Both the position numbers and the translations under genes were made by a program. Source: Octopus vulgaris (Eukaryota). Taken from it: a stretch of DNA of 64,000 bases. Positions 28,171-40,243 of the stretch are shown one piece after another. The first letter of the stretch is position 1; each line of letters begins with the position of its first letter. Where the stretch lies: contig OX597819.1 in NCBI GenBank assembly GCA_951406725.2, positions 98,146,001-98,210,000 of the forward strand, read 5' to 3'. The notes beneath the pieces are model-generated. The model was not told the origin of the DNA and did not search any database. It saw only the letters and a list, made by a program, of their open reading frames with translations.

Positions 28171-31022
28171 CTGTAAATATAACAAAAAACATGGTTTAGA
28201 GAGAGAGAGAGACAATGGATAAGGAGTGGGGAATGAGAAGCGAAGAAAGATGAGGGAAGGGTGAGATTGTGAGAATGAGAATGTGCAGAGATGGAGTGGA
28301 ATGGAAAAGAGGTGTGCGGGTATTAAATTAGAAGCAAGAAATGTGAAGCAAAGAGAGAGCAAAGTGAGAAGGTGGAGAGAAGGAGAAAGGAAGAGTAAGT
28401 GAAGATGTGAGTTGAGGTGAAATGGAAGAGTGAGGGTTGTTTCAGTGAAGATGTTAGGTAAAGTAGAGCAAGGGAGAAGAATGAGTGTGGATGCATGTGA
28501 GAGTGTGTTTTCCATACCTGTGTATGAAAGTATGCGTATATGTGCATATGTCTGCATATCAAATGAAAGAAGATAGATAATTCAGAGAGAGAGTAAGAGA
28601 GGAAACTTGAAGAGATTTGGCTACTGTTTCTAGCAGGTGAATCAAATTAATGAAGTGAAAGGACTTTGGTGGAGAAAATTGGGAAAGAGGGGAATTAGGT
28701 GGGGGTGGGGGAACTTTGGATAGAATAATTAGAGATTTTCTAATTTCTTGTTACTTAACCCTTTAGGATTTAAACTGGTCATATCAGGCTCAAAATATTC
28801 TGTCTGTTTTATGTTCAAACTGGTCAGGTCCAATATCTCGCACTTACCTTACAATGTAATTCTAAAAATAAAACAATCACATCATTGAAATCTCAAAACT
28901 ACAAGATAATGCATTATTAATTCAAAACAATGTGAATAAATAAGCATTACATTTGATGGAGTTGAGGCACATGGCCTAGTGGTTAGAGCAGCAGACTCAC
29001 GGTTGAGGGATCGCGAGTTCGAATCTCAGACCGGGCGATGTGTGTGTTTATGAGCGAAACACCTAAGCTCCATGCGGCTCCGACAGAAGGTAATGGCAAA
29101 CTTCTGCTGACTCTTTTGCCACAATTTCTCTCATTCTTTCCTCCTGCATCTTGCAGCTCACCTGCGACAGACCGGTGTCCCGTCTAGGTGGAGAACCTAT
29201 ATGCCAAGGAAACCGGCCCTGATGAGCCAGGCATGGCTCAAGAAAGAACAAACAAACATTTGATGGAACAATTTGAATACTAAAGGGTTAATTTAAATGA
29301 GAGTAAGAGAGGTAAGAGTGAAGAAGGGAGTTAGAGGTCAAGAAGTGAGATAGAAGACATGTGACTGTGGATAAAAGAGACCAGAAGATATAGGCCAGGT
29401 TTCAAATTATGATTGAGTTTGGTGTGAAGTGTGGGAAAGGTGGGTGAAGTGGAAGAGGTTCAAGGAAGCTTACCTCTGAACTTTGTTGTTGTTATTGTTG
29501 CTTAGCCCAAAGTCAATCCTGAGTGAGCAGACCTAAACCCATATACTCTTTGTAGGAGTATGAACACTACATCATCAAATTGGGTGTAACCAGTTAAGAT
29601 ATTGGACCGTTAGTTCACAGACCTTTAGTTCAAATCTGTAACCAGCACTTCATTGTATGCATATGATTCTACACTCACTGTTTACATGGAATTGGGGTTT
29701 ATCAACAAAATGATATCATTCAGTTAGTGATGGAAAGGCTCCAAACTTTTTGATTTTTTTTTTTTTTTGAAGGTCTTCCAGACTGGGGGAATGGAAATAG
29801 GCACACTATTCAATACTTTCTGTGGCCGTTGCCAGCGCTGCCCGACTGGCCTCCGTGCCGGTGGCACGTAAAAAGCACCATCCATGGCCGTTGCCAGCCT
29901 CGCCTGGCCTCCGTGCCGGTGGCACATAAAAAGCACCATCCAATCGTGACCGTTTGCCAGCCTCATCTGGCACGTAAAAAGCACCCACTACACTCTCAGA
30001 GTGGTTGGCGTTAAGAAGGGCATCCAGCCATAGAAACATTGCCAAATCAGACTGGGCCTGGTGCAGCCTTCTGGCTTCCCAGACCCCAGTTGAACTGTCC
30101 AACCCATGCTAGCATGGAAAGCAGACGCTAAACGATGATGATGATGATGAAATCCACTAAAAACTACCAGGTGCCAAGTGGTGGCATAAACATGGTGTAG
30201 TTGCTGACAGATATGGTAATTTTGACAGGGATCCACAATTTCCATCTACTCAATTTCACTGCCAAGTTTGGGCTAACCTGAAGGTTATGGTAAAGACACT
30301 TACCCAAAATGCTGCACAATATGATAGAAGCCAAAACCTCATGGCTGTGAAGCAAACTACATAACAACAGAGCCATGCTTAATCAGAGGACCCACTACAC
30401 TCTGTAGAGTAGTTGGCATCTAGCTGTAGAATCAAGCTCCTTGGCTTATCAGACCCATGCCAGCATGGAAAACATGCTAAATGATGATGATGATAATGAT
30501 GATGATGATGATGATGATGAAGATGGAATAAGAGGTTGACATAACCTTCAAGAGTTAACCATGGTTTAGGTGGTGTTTAACTTATATTGTCTCAGGAGTT
30601 CAGATAATGATGAGATGAAGAAGGAAGGGGAGTGTATGATATCAGTGGTGCATTGGTGGAGAGTGAAGTGGGTGGCAGTGGAGTACCAATCGCTGGGGAC
30701 AACAATGGTTTAGTACAAGGGTGGATGTATGGCTTATGCATGTGTGGGGTTTTTGAGAGGAGAAAATTTCAAGGAGACACAGGAACGAGGAGAAAATTTC
30801 AGCTAGGGCAGCTAAGAAATTTTAAAATTTGTGTGTGTGTGTGTGTGTCTTTGTGTGCACACATGAGTGTACATGTGTGTGCATGCATATGCATATGTGT
30901 GTGCATATGAGTATGTGCATGCAAATGAGTGTATGCATGTATGTGTGTATGTATGCAGAAGATCATGAGGTGGTTTGAAAGGTTCTGTTAGCAAAGCGGT
31001 TGTGACAGGAGAAAACACTCAC

Positions 31023-31155
31023 CGTCCTTCCTCCACTCGAAGTGGGTTGGAGAATTTATCATTGTAGACTTCATGTAGGATGATAAGTTGGTAGACAGAG
31101 AAAGCACAACACATCAGCAGGTGCACCAAAGCCAAATTCTTCCAATATTTATTTT
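31023..31155 (-). CDS. TMEM220: TMEM220 coding exon 4, 133 nt (ENKYWKNLALVHLLMCCAFSVYQLIILHEVYNDKFSNPLRVEEGR)
   Basis: Reads tttgtaattgcag|AA AAT...GGA CG|gtgagt, phase 1/2. Carries the WK...H segment and the start of the conserved EEGRE motif. Confidence 0.92.
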
Positions 31156-31464
31156 CTGCAATTACAAACAATACACTCAGACTGCTGCCTACCATTTCTC
31201 AATTGTTATCTTTGCTATCAATCTGGGAATATTCTTAGTTCAATGAAAATTTGGGAGGAATTTAACAAATGCTATATTAAATATTACTCCATAAGAAAAG
31301 ACTATTATAGAAAGAATATCATATTATTGAGGGGATACAATTATATACCAGTTTACTAATATTTTAATAATATAGCACTTGTTTTTATAGCAATAGAACA
31401 ACAGTACTATAGTGGTACAATGATATAGTCCTTGCATCTATAGTAATAGAATAGTAGTAATGTA

Positions 31465-32746
31465 TTCGGTTGAAAAGAAAGTAATTTCGGTTTTTTAGTG
31501 TGAAAAAAGTCATTTCTTTTCTCATACAAAGAATGATTTTAATCAATTATATATTTTCCATTTTCCAATGACCTTTTGCCATCTTTTTGGCAACTTCATG
31601 ATTCCGTGTTCATAGACCTTCTGGTCCTTATCAGCCAGAAACTGAAGCAAATGCGATTTCAGATCATCATTATCGAAAGTTTTACCATTCAAAGAATTTT
31701 GCAAACTTTGAAATAAATGATAATCTGATGGTGCAAGGTCAGGGCTATAAGGTGGATGTGACATCAGTTCCCAACCAAGCTCCAATATTTTTTTACGAGT
31801 TAGCAAAGGCATGTTGTGGTCTAGCATTGTCATGATGAAACACGATTTCTTTACGATTTGCCAATTCTGGCTGTTGATTGCTTCCTCTAGTTTCATTAGT
31901 TGTTGTTAGTAAACATCTGAATTGATTATTTGGTTCTTTGGAAGCAGCTCAAAATACACAACGCCTTTGTAATCCCACCAAATTGACAGCATAACTTGCT
32001 GTTATTTTTTGCATTTAAGCTTTCAATGTGGTTTGTGCTGGTTCATTATGTTTGGAGCATGGTCGTTTTCAATTGATGTTATTGTAGACAATCCAATTTT
32101 CATCACCAGTGATGATTTGGTTCAAAAAGAGGTGGATTTAATTGCGTTTGAGATGCATAGCACAAACATTGATTCATTGAGTTAAGTAAATCTCTTTCAA
32201 TTTATGTGGAACCCAAATATCAAGCTTCTTAATGAGTCCAAGATATTTTAAGTGATTTTCAATTGTTGTGTATGATACATTTAACCTCTCTGCAATCTTT
32301 CATACAGTTATATGACAATCAGATTCAATTATGGCTTTGATTCGGTCATCATCATCTTCAGTAGGTTGACCAGAACGTTAGTCATCTTTGGGTGAAAAAT
32401 CTCCAGAAGAGAATTTTTCAAACCATTTCTGACATGTACATTCTGTTAAGCAATCAACACCATAAACTTCACATATCTCTTTCTGAGCCTCAGTGGCTTT
32501 CTTGCCTTTACAGAAATAAAAAAAGCAAAATATAGCAAAAATGCTTGTTTTTGCACTCCATGTTGAAATTGTCATTGAACTAACAGTTGTAAATAAAAAA
32601 TTATGTGCAATTTGCTTCTAAAGTAAACTAAAAGTAACAGCTATGAAATGTCAAAAGGGGAAAATCATAACATTGACTAAAGTCATTAAAAAAAATTGTA
32701 ACTCTATCTATTTATGAAGAATGAAATTACTTTCTTGCTAACCCAA
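31465..32746 (-). mobile_element. Full-length decayed mariner transposon in the intron after TMEM220 coding exon 3
   Basis: TA target sites at 31463-64 and 32747-48, and imperfect TIRs (ttcggttgaaaagaaagtaatttc / gaaattactttcttgctaacccaa). Length is 1282 bp. Transposase remnants include HPPYSPDLAPSDYHLF, with many frameshifts. Confidence 0.93.
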
Positions 32747-33171
32747 TAGTAATACAGTGATAGCTTTCTTGTTTCTGAAGCAATAGAACAGTAGTACTAT
32801 AAGTGGTATGGTGATATAGTCCTTGTTTCAATAGCATAGACCAAAGAGCAACTGTAATGGTTGTATTGTAATATAATGACGATGGTTCTATAATAATAAT
32901 AATAAAACAGTTGCACAGTAATGTTATATTCTTTCTTTCTTTACTTTTTTAATGGTTTCAGTCATTGATTCTGGCCTTCAAGGGTTTAGTCAAACATATC
33001 AATCCAAATTGAATTTATTTTATCAATATCTATTTACAAAACAGTTAAGTTATTTTTTCACATAAATAGACATAATGCTATACACCTGTTCAAACCATCA
33101 CACACACACACACACATGCAGAGTTACATATACCGACATACAAATACATACACACATACACACACACACAA

Positions 33172-33206
<35 letters not shown>

Positions 33207-33229
33207 TACATACATACATACATACATAC

Positions 33230-33290
33230 CCGTAATATTAGTGTCAACAGCAATGAGAATAGTCAGAATGGCAGGTAACAGGTAGACAGG
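33230..33290 (-). CDS. TMEM220: TMEM220 coding exon 3, 61 nt (PVYLLPAILTILIAVDTNIT)
   Basis: Reads ttttatctctgttcacag|CCT...ACG G|gtatgt, phase 0/1. Resembles [20 protein letters not shown] of TMEM220. Confidence 0.9.
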
Positions 33291-34849
33291 CTGTGAACAG
33301 AGATAAAAGACATTGATATGATAGATGAACTCCCCTGTGTCTTTAGTGCTACAGAAATACAATCCTTCTGTGCCAATTAGTTTAGAGAACAATCAAGTAT
33401 TTGGAAGATTTTAGTGAAATAATTGATATTTTCATGATCACGACTTTGGATCACGACTTAAGCAAAGGTTCAGAGTTAAAATTATGATATTTTGATTTAA
33501 ATACAAACATTTTGATATTGATAGTTATATATAATATATAATAGTTATATATAATATTTTTTTAAAAAATTTTTGTTGTTTTTGTAAAATCTCAGAAAAT
33601 AATTGAAAAATTCACATTTTTTGTCAAATAATTTTGTTATATTCGTCTATCTATCCAACTATAAACATTTTAAATATTTCACTAACTTTTTGTTATAACT
33701 TGGCAAAGTCAGTCTTAGAATACTTGGTATTAAAAGAATTAACTTAATCCTATTAATGAAGTCACTGATTGATAGAACGAGTGTGAGTTAGACTAAATAT
33801 TTTTCAGTATTTAGTTACATCCCTCCAGAGTTGGTACTCAATTTCCTTCAGCTGTCAACTTTGCCTTTCATCCTTCTAAGATTGATAAAATAAGTACCAG
33901 TCAGATCCTGGAGACATCCAAAACCTGCCACTTTGTGCTTGAGTTAGAAATGATATAATAGTCATCACATAGAATTGAGGACTGACTTTGTAATATACCT
34001 TGCTTTTGCTAATAGTTTTAGGTACAATTAGTCATTAGTAGACAGAACTACCAGTCCTTGATCCAGCAGAACAACTAAGATGTGACCATTTGTGGGAGGC
34101 ATGGCTGCACCAGTAACTGGACTGATAGTCATTGCAACAGAGTGGGCAGAATGGAAATTATATGATGAGGATAAACTCACACGGGGATATGAGAAGATTA
34201 ATGAAGAAGAACTGAAACCAAATTTTTTAGAGAATACTGACACAAAGCCAAGATATGAGAGATATACAGTTGCTTGTACAAATCACTGTATATGACTAGG
34301 ATCTATTCTGTTGAGCCCAGAGGGGTTGTGGAAACAATGAATTTTAACAGGATTTGAACTCAGAATGTAGAGCATTGAAATCAAACTCTCTACAGTATTT
34401 GATCTGGTGTGTTGCTATTTCTGTAACTCAAACATCTTCCAATTACATAGAATAAAGTGATATTAAAAAAGATTAAGTCAGTGAGATTAAGAAAGTTTAG
34501 GTAATACAGATTAAGAAGATTAAGAGAAAGTAATTAGGAAAATTAAATCAGAGAGAGTAGAGAGAATTTAATGCAAATGTTTAAAGTAGATTAATAAATA
34601 GTGATTAAGGAACCTTTAATTTGTGCTAAGTGATTAAGGAACTTTTAGTCAGTGATTAATGAGGTTTTAGTCAGTGATTATTGAAGATATAGTTAGTGTC
34701 ACAAATGACTGAGGTACTGGTTTTCATACATTGTGACTAAGGTTCAATAAGACATTAGGGTTAACAGAGATTGAGTGTTAATGATTAAAGTAAAGATTAA
34801 ATCAGAGTAATTTATTTCATTAATTATCTAATATACATACACACAAGTA

Positions 34850-34880
<31 letters not shown>

Positions 34881-35347
34881 TGTATGTATGTATGTATGTA
34901 TGTATGTATGTATGTATGTATGTATGCATGCATGTATGTGTGTATGTATGTATGTATGTATGTATGTGTATGTATGTATGTATGTATGTATGTATGTATG
35001 TATGAACGAATGTATAAATGTATGTATGTATGCATGCATGTATGTATTTATGTATGTACGTACGTACGTATGTACATAATTGTGTGTTTTCTTTGTCTAT
35101 TGAGATTCACACCTTGTTTTCTATAATATTAAACAACTCAATGAATAGTTTTGTATCTCACAAATATGAATCACCAATGTTGAAACTTTGCTAAACTTTG
35201 TTGTCAATGAATTAAGAAGGGATCAGAAGAATAAGGGGTTACGCTTTACTTAAGAAGGGTTAAAAAGAGAAATGATTAAGTCATATTCATAATACAGAGA
35301 GATGATAATCAGAGATGGAAATTAAGATTAAAATAAATCCTACTTAC

Positions 35348-35377
35348 AATCCAGATGTACCAATCACTATCATTGTG
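35348..35377 (-). CDS. TMEM220: TMEM220 coding exon 2, 30-nt microexon (HNDSDWYIWI)
   Basis: Reads tttcttacag|CAC AAT GAT AGT GAT TGG TAC ATC TGG ATT|gtaagta, phase 0/0. Corresponds to the family NDPD-x-x-x-W motif. Confidence 0.9.
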
Positions 35378-36315
35378 CTGTAAGAAACGATATAGAATGA
35401 GATTAATTAATAATACTGCATAAAGAGTGATAAGACTAAAAACATTTAAAGAGTGAGATCAATAGATTACTCATTGTAAGATTAATATTGAGAAAACAGA
35501 GAACATTTTATAGCATTACATGATATTGTTGTGAGATCAAAGGATATCATCTGATATGTATTATTAGATAAAGAGATATATTGGACATTGGATAGCTGTT
35601 ATTGGATAAGAGAGTATCTCTGGATATAATAATGCAATGGATTAAAGGATGTTTGGTCAAAAGATATCACTGGATTAACTGATGAGACTGGAATGAATAA
35701 AGTACATCATCATTATTCGTCTTCCATTTTTCTATGCTTGCAAGGGTTAGATATAATTTGTTAAGGTAGATCTTCTATGGTTTGATGCCTGGCCTATTGC
35801 CAAGCAAGGTCAAATTTCCCCAGGACCAGACATGTTTTCACAGGATCCTTGAAATGAGAGACTCTGCTATTGGGCCAGAAACATGTGTCCATGATAGTCC
35901 TTTTATCTCCAAACAATAAGCCCGTCCTTTCTTTTAATAGCATGTCAACTTTATCTTTTTTTTGCACATCATATTTATTCAATGTTAGCTAAAATACCTT
36001 TATTTTTTAATATCATTGTCTTTTAAAAGAGACACATTTAGTCAGGTTAATTTTTTTCTCTCATAAGAAGTTTGATCTTGTGTAAAAGTAAGTTAACAGA
36101 ATAACCACTCTAACACCACTGCCCCAACAATACCACGCATTTTTACTGCCTTCTCCTGTACATGGCACTGAGCCATGGCACACCATTACAACACAAACAC
36201 TGAACAGTTATCATAACTGAAAAACATTTAATCTAACTCACATTGGTTCTGTCACTCAGTGGCTTCATTAATAGGATTAGATTAATTCTTTTAATATCAA
36301 GTATTCTGGGATAGA

Positions 36316-36535
36316 AAAGGTGGCAAGCTGGTAGAAACATTAGCATGCCTGGTGAAATGCTTAGTGGTATTTCGTCTGCCGCTACGTTCTGAATTCAAAT
36401 TCCGCTGAGGTCGACTTTGCCTTTCATCCTTTCGGGGTCGATTAAATAAGTACCAGTTACGCACTGGGTCAATGTAATCGACTTAATCCGTTTGTTTGTC
36501 CTCTCTGTTTAGCCCCTTGTGGGTAGTAAAGAAAT
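36316..36535 (+). mobile_element. SINE family A copy with 17-bp TSD
   Basis: TSD aagtattctgggataga at 36299-36315 and 36536-36552. Confidence 0.9.
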
Positions 36536-36562
36536 AAGTATTCTGGGATAGACATTGTTTCT

Positions 36563-36871
36563 ATTATATATAACTATCAATATCAAAATGTTTATATTTA
36601 AATCAAAATATCATAATTTTAACTTTGAACCTTTGCTTAAGTCATGTTCCAAAGACTAGGTTAATCATGAAAATGTTAATTATTTCACTAAAATCTTCCA
36701 AATACTTGATTGTTCTCTAAACTAATTGGCACAGGAGGATTGTATTTCTGTAGCAATAAAGACACAGGAGAGTTCATCTATCATATCAATGTCTTTTATC
36801 TCTGTTCACAGCCAGTCTACCTGTTACCTGCCATTCTGACTATTCTCATTGCTGTTGACACTAATATTATG

Positions 36872-36953
<82 letters not shown>

Positions 36954-37008
36954 TATATATATATATATTTGTGTATCTGTGTGTGTGTACTGGTGTAAAC
37001 AGGTGTAT
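36563..37008 (+). repeat. Inverted duplicate of TMEM220 exon 3 with flanking intron (partner arm about 33080-33535)
   Basis: 36563-36869 is the reverse complement of 33233-33535 with few mismatches (58/61 identical over the exon). Weaker similarity continues across the microsatellite to atacacctgtt at about 33081 and 37008. Confidence 0.95.
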
Positions 37009-37384
37009 TTTACTATTCCAAGCCACAACATACCACTACACCTCCCCCAAACACTACAACCATGACTATCACCACCACTGAAATGTTACTATGCCATGCC
37101 AAAACATACCATTCCCCAAAACACTACAGCCACCACCATGACCACCACCACCACCACCACTGACCATGCAGAAATAACAGCCAAATCTTTCTATCAAACC
37201 ATACCATACCTTCTTTAAAAAAAGGACACACTGGGAAATATTGTCCTGACTCTTGTACAATAGCTTGTACAATAACTCAGATCATAGCTCTGCTTGATCA
37301 GGGCTGACCTGGTGTTAAACAACAAAAATAACACTAACAACACTATTACTACAACACCACTCCACAAACACACTGAATACTTAC

Positions 37385-37519
37385 ATTAACAAAAGCAGCC
37401 AAGAAGAAGAAAACTGCCATAACCAAGTTGGTTACTTTCCATACAATTTCCCATCTGTCTGGTAATTTGACGAACAGTTTATTACAGCTTCCTTCATATA
37501 ATGTCTCTTCATTACCCAT
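37385..37519 (-). CDS. TMEM220: TMEM220 homologue, coding exon 1 (MGNEETLYEGSCNKLFVKLPDRWEIVWKVTNLVMAVFFFLAAFVN)
   Basis: ATG at 37519 lies 11 nt downstream of an acceptor (ttgtccacag, AG at 37532-37531). The exon ends AAT|gtaagt. WKVTNLVMAVFFFLAAFVN resembles the vertebrate TMEM220 N-terminus (WRACNGLMAAFFALAALVQ, from memory). Confidence 0.88.
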
Positions 37520-38219
37520 GTTCAGTTCAGCTGTGGACAACAGGATGGACAAGATGTTTAAATATACAAAAAGAGAACAAGTATTCAATGTATATAATAA
37601 AGTTCATATAATCATTTGAAGCTGATGATTCACACAATTATTAATATGACACCATCACTAGGTATGATTCTTCAAGCAATATATATCACCAGCATTTCCC
37701 ATATTTTACTTCTTCTTTACTAGATAGCGGTTTGACAGATCATCATGACCTGAGTTAGTTCTTATTTGGAAATACTACCCTCCTAAATGGATCAGAGACC
37801 ATGTCTTACTTCAAAGGCCATTTCGGTTTGGTTCCTATGGCTTGATGCTTATAGCACCCAAGCACCCACTACACTCACGGAGTGGTTGGCATTAGGAAGG
37901 GCATCCAGCTGTAGAAACACAGCTAGATCAGACTAGAGCCTGGTGCAGCCTCCTGGCTTCCCAGAACCCGGTCAAACTGTCCAACCCATGCTATCACAGA
38001 AAACGGACGGTCAACGATGATGATGATATATGCATATATGGGTACAGGACATCACAAACAGTAAACGACATGAAATATGAGAACAAATTAGTTAAATATG
38101 CAAACAACGAGAGAAACAAATGGAAACAGGACAAGTAACATAAGGAACAACCATTCATCAGTTGTCAGCTGCCTATCTACTCCTCATTTCGAGCATTATA
38201 TATATATATATATATATAA

Positions 38220-38589
38220 CGGGAAGCTTTATGAAAATAAACAAAAGACGAAGGCAGGTGGAAAACAAACGAACAACAATTGTATTAGTATGGCGCTCAG
38301 GAAATATAAATAAAACAAGTCTTTAACGTTTCGAGCCTACGCTCTTCAACAGAAAGATACACAGAGAGAGAAAAACACAGAAAGAAGGAGAGAAAAAAAT
38401 GCGTGCAGTAGCTAACGAATCAACATGGCGATCTGATTTCGGCCAGAGGTCAAAGATCAAACATGAGATGCGAGAGCGAAATAAGGGGAGATAATAGGGT
38501 TGATAAATGGGTTGAGGGACCAGCTAAAAGTGCGTGGGAGGGGTCTGGATGTGTGTATGTATAGGGTTGGTGTATGTATTAGTATGTAT

Positions 38590-38628
<39 letters not shown>

Positions 38629-40243
38629 AGAGAGTATTAGTGCGTAAGATTGGTCTGGATGTGCGTATGTATGGGGTTGGTGTATGTATTAGTATGTATT
38701 AGTATGTATTAGTACGTATTGGTATGTATAGGTGTGTGTGTGTGTGTGTGAGAGAGAGTATAAGTGCGTATGAGAGGTCTGGACGTGTGTATGTATAGGG
38801 TTGGTGTAAGTATTAGTATGTATTAGTTGGTGTGTGTATTAGTATGGCACATCATATGTGATGTGATGTGTAAAGTCATGTGGTGTAGTGAGGAGAAGAG
38901 GGGGAGGGGGAGAAGAGGGGGAGAGAAGGGGAGGGGAAGAAGAGGGGGAGGAGAAGGGGGAGAGGAGAGGATGGGGGAGAAGGAAGGGGATGAGGGGGAT
39001 GAAGGAGGAAAGAGGGAGAGGGGGAGAGAGAAGGGGAGAGAGGGAGTGAGGGAGCAGAGGGAAGGGGAAGAGGGAGGGAGAAAGAGGGAAGAAGGGAAGG
39101 GGAGTAGGGGTGAAAGGATGAAGGACTGAAGAAGTAGGGGTCGGGGGAGAAAGGATAGGTGAGGAGGGGGAGAGGGGGGTTAGATGAGGAGGGGGGAGAG
39201 TTGAGACCAAATGGCGTATAAGAGCGAAGAGAGAAGATTAATTCCTGTTCACGGCGCAAACGGGAATCCGGATGGCCTCTGTGTAAGGACAAACCGAACA
39301 CAGATAGGTGTTGCAAGGAGTGACCGGTGGAGCGGAAATGGCGTGAGACCGGTGTGTCGTTCGCAAGGTGGATGTCACGAAGGTGTTCCGCGAACCGGTC
39401 AGCCAAGCGGCGTCCCGTTTGTCCGATGTACAAGGAATTGCAGAGAGAGCAAGAGATGCAATAGATAATATTGCTGGAGGTGCAGGTGAAGGAGTGGATG
39501 ATGGGATAGGGTCGATGGTGGGTGCTAGTGAGGCGGGTGGTGTTGGAGAGGTAAGGGCAAGTGCGGCAACGTGGGCGGGAGCAGGGGAACGAGCCGGGTT
39601 GGGAGGTAGGGTCAGGGAAGGAGCTATGGACCAAAAGGTCTCGAAGGTTGTGGGCTCGTTTGAAAGAGGGGAGGGGTCGGTTAGGGAAGAGGTGTGAAGT
39701 GGACGGGTCGGACTGGAGATGACGGAAAGCTCGAAGAATGGTGCGTTGGAGACGTAGGGTCGTGGGGTGGTAAGTGAGGGGAAAAGGGAGGCGGGAGACT
39801 ACAGGGCGGGTTCGGGGAGAGAGGGCAGATACACGGTCCACGGACCGTGCTCTGGCAAGGGCGGTGTGGATAGTGGTGAGGGGGTATCCACGTAGGGTGA
39901 AGTGGTGAGCCATACGTTGAGACTGAGTCTCAAAGTCATGGTCGTCACTACAGAGCCTACGTAGACGGAGGAATTGGGAATAGGGGATGGAAAGCTTGGT
40001 GTGTTCTGGGTGGGAGGAAGAGAAGTTGAGGTATGAGTGTGAGTCTGTGTGTTTGTAGTGAATGGAGGTGGTAAGAGTGGAGTGAAGAATGCTAACCGAA
40101 ATGTCGAGGAAGGAGACAGAGGTGTTGGAGATAGTGGAAGTGAAGTGGAGGGCTGGATGGAAAGATTGGACGAAAGAGAGGAAGGAATCTAGATGTTCGC
40201 GGGAGAGTGAGGTGGCACCGATAATGTCGTCAATATAACGACC

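Noticed and set aside
28964-29040. tRNA-like sequences at SINE heads (also at 17.2, 54.0 and 54.25 kb)
   Set aside because: The A and B boxes continue into SINE bodies with TSDs, and no complete cloverleaf is apparent.
29215-29245. ctgatgagcc-aggcat-ggctc as a hammerhead in a family C SINE tail
   Set aside because: There is no correctly placed GAAA or stems I and III, and other copies read cttatgag or cccatgag.
34059-34085. In-frame TGA codons as selenocysteine
   Set aside because: No SECIS element or redox motif is visible. CGA>TGA decay in a CpG-depleted domain is the simpler explanation.
36710-37081. Plus-strand ORF MFSKLIGTGG... as a second TMEM220 gene
   Set aside because: Only exon 3 and its flanks are duplicated. 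No plus-strand copies of the other exons were found, and the donor is weakened.
37520-37588. N-terminal signal-peptide-like extension MNTCSLFVYLNILSILLSTAELN in the ORF track
   Set aside because: It starts at TTG and mostly translates the polypyrimidine tract of the acceptor at 37532-37531, so it is probably intron plus 11 nt of UTR.
38827-39697. Plus-strand ORFs rich in G/E/R
   Set aside because: They are antisense shadows of the Penelope ORF and its pyrimidine-rich 3' region.
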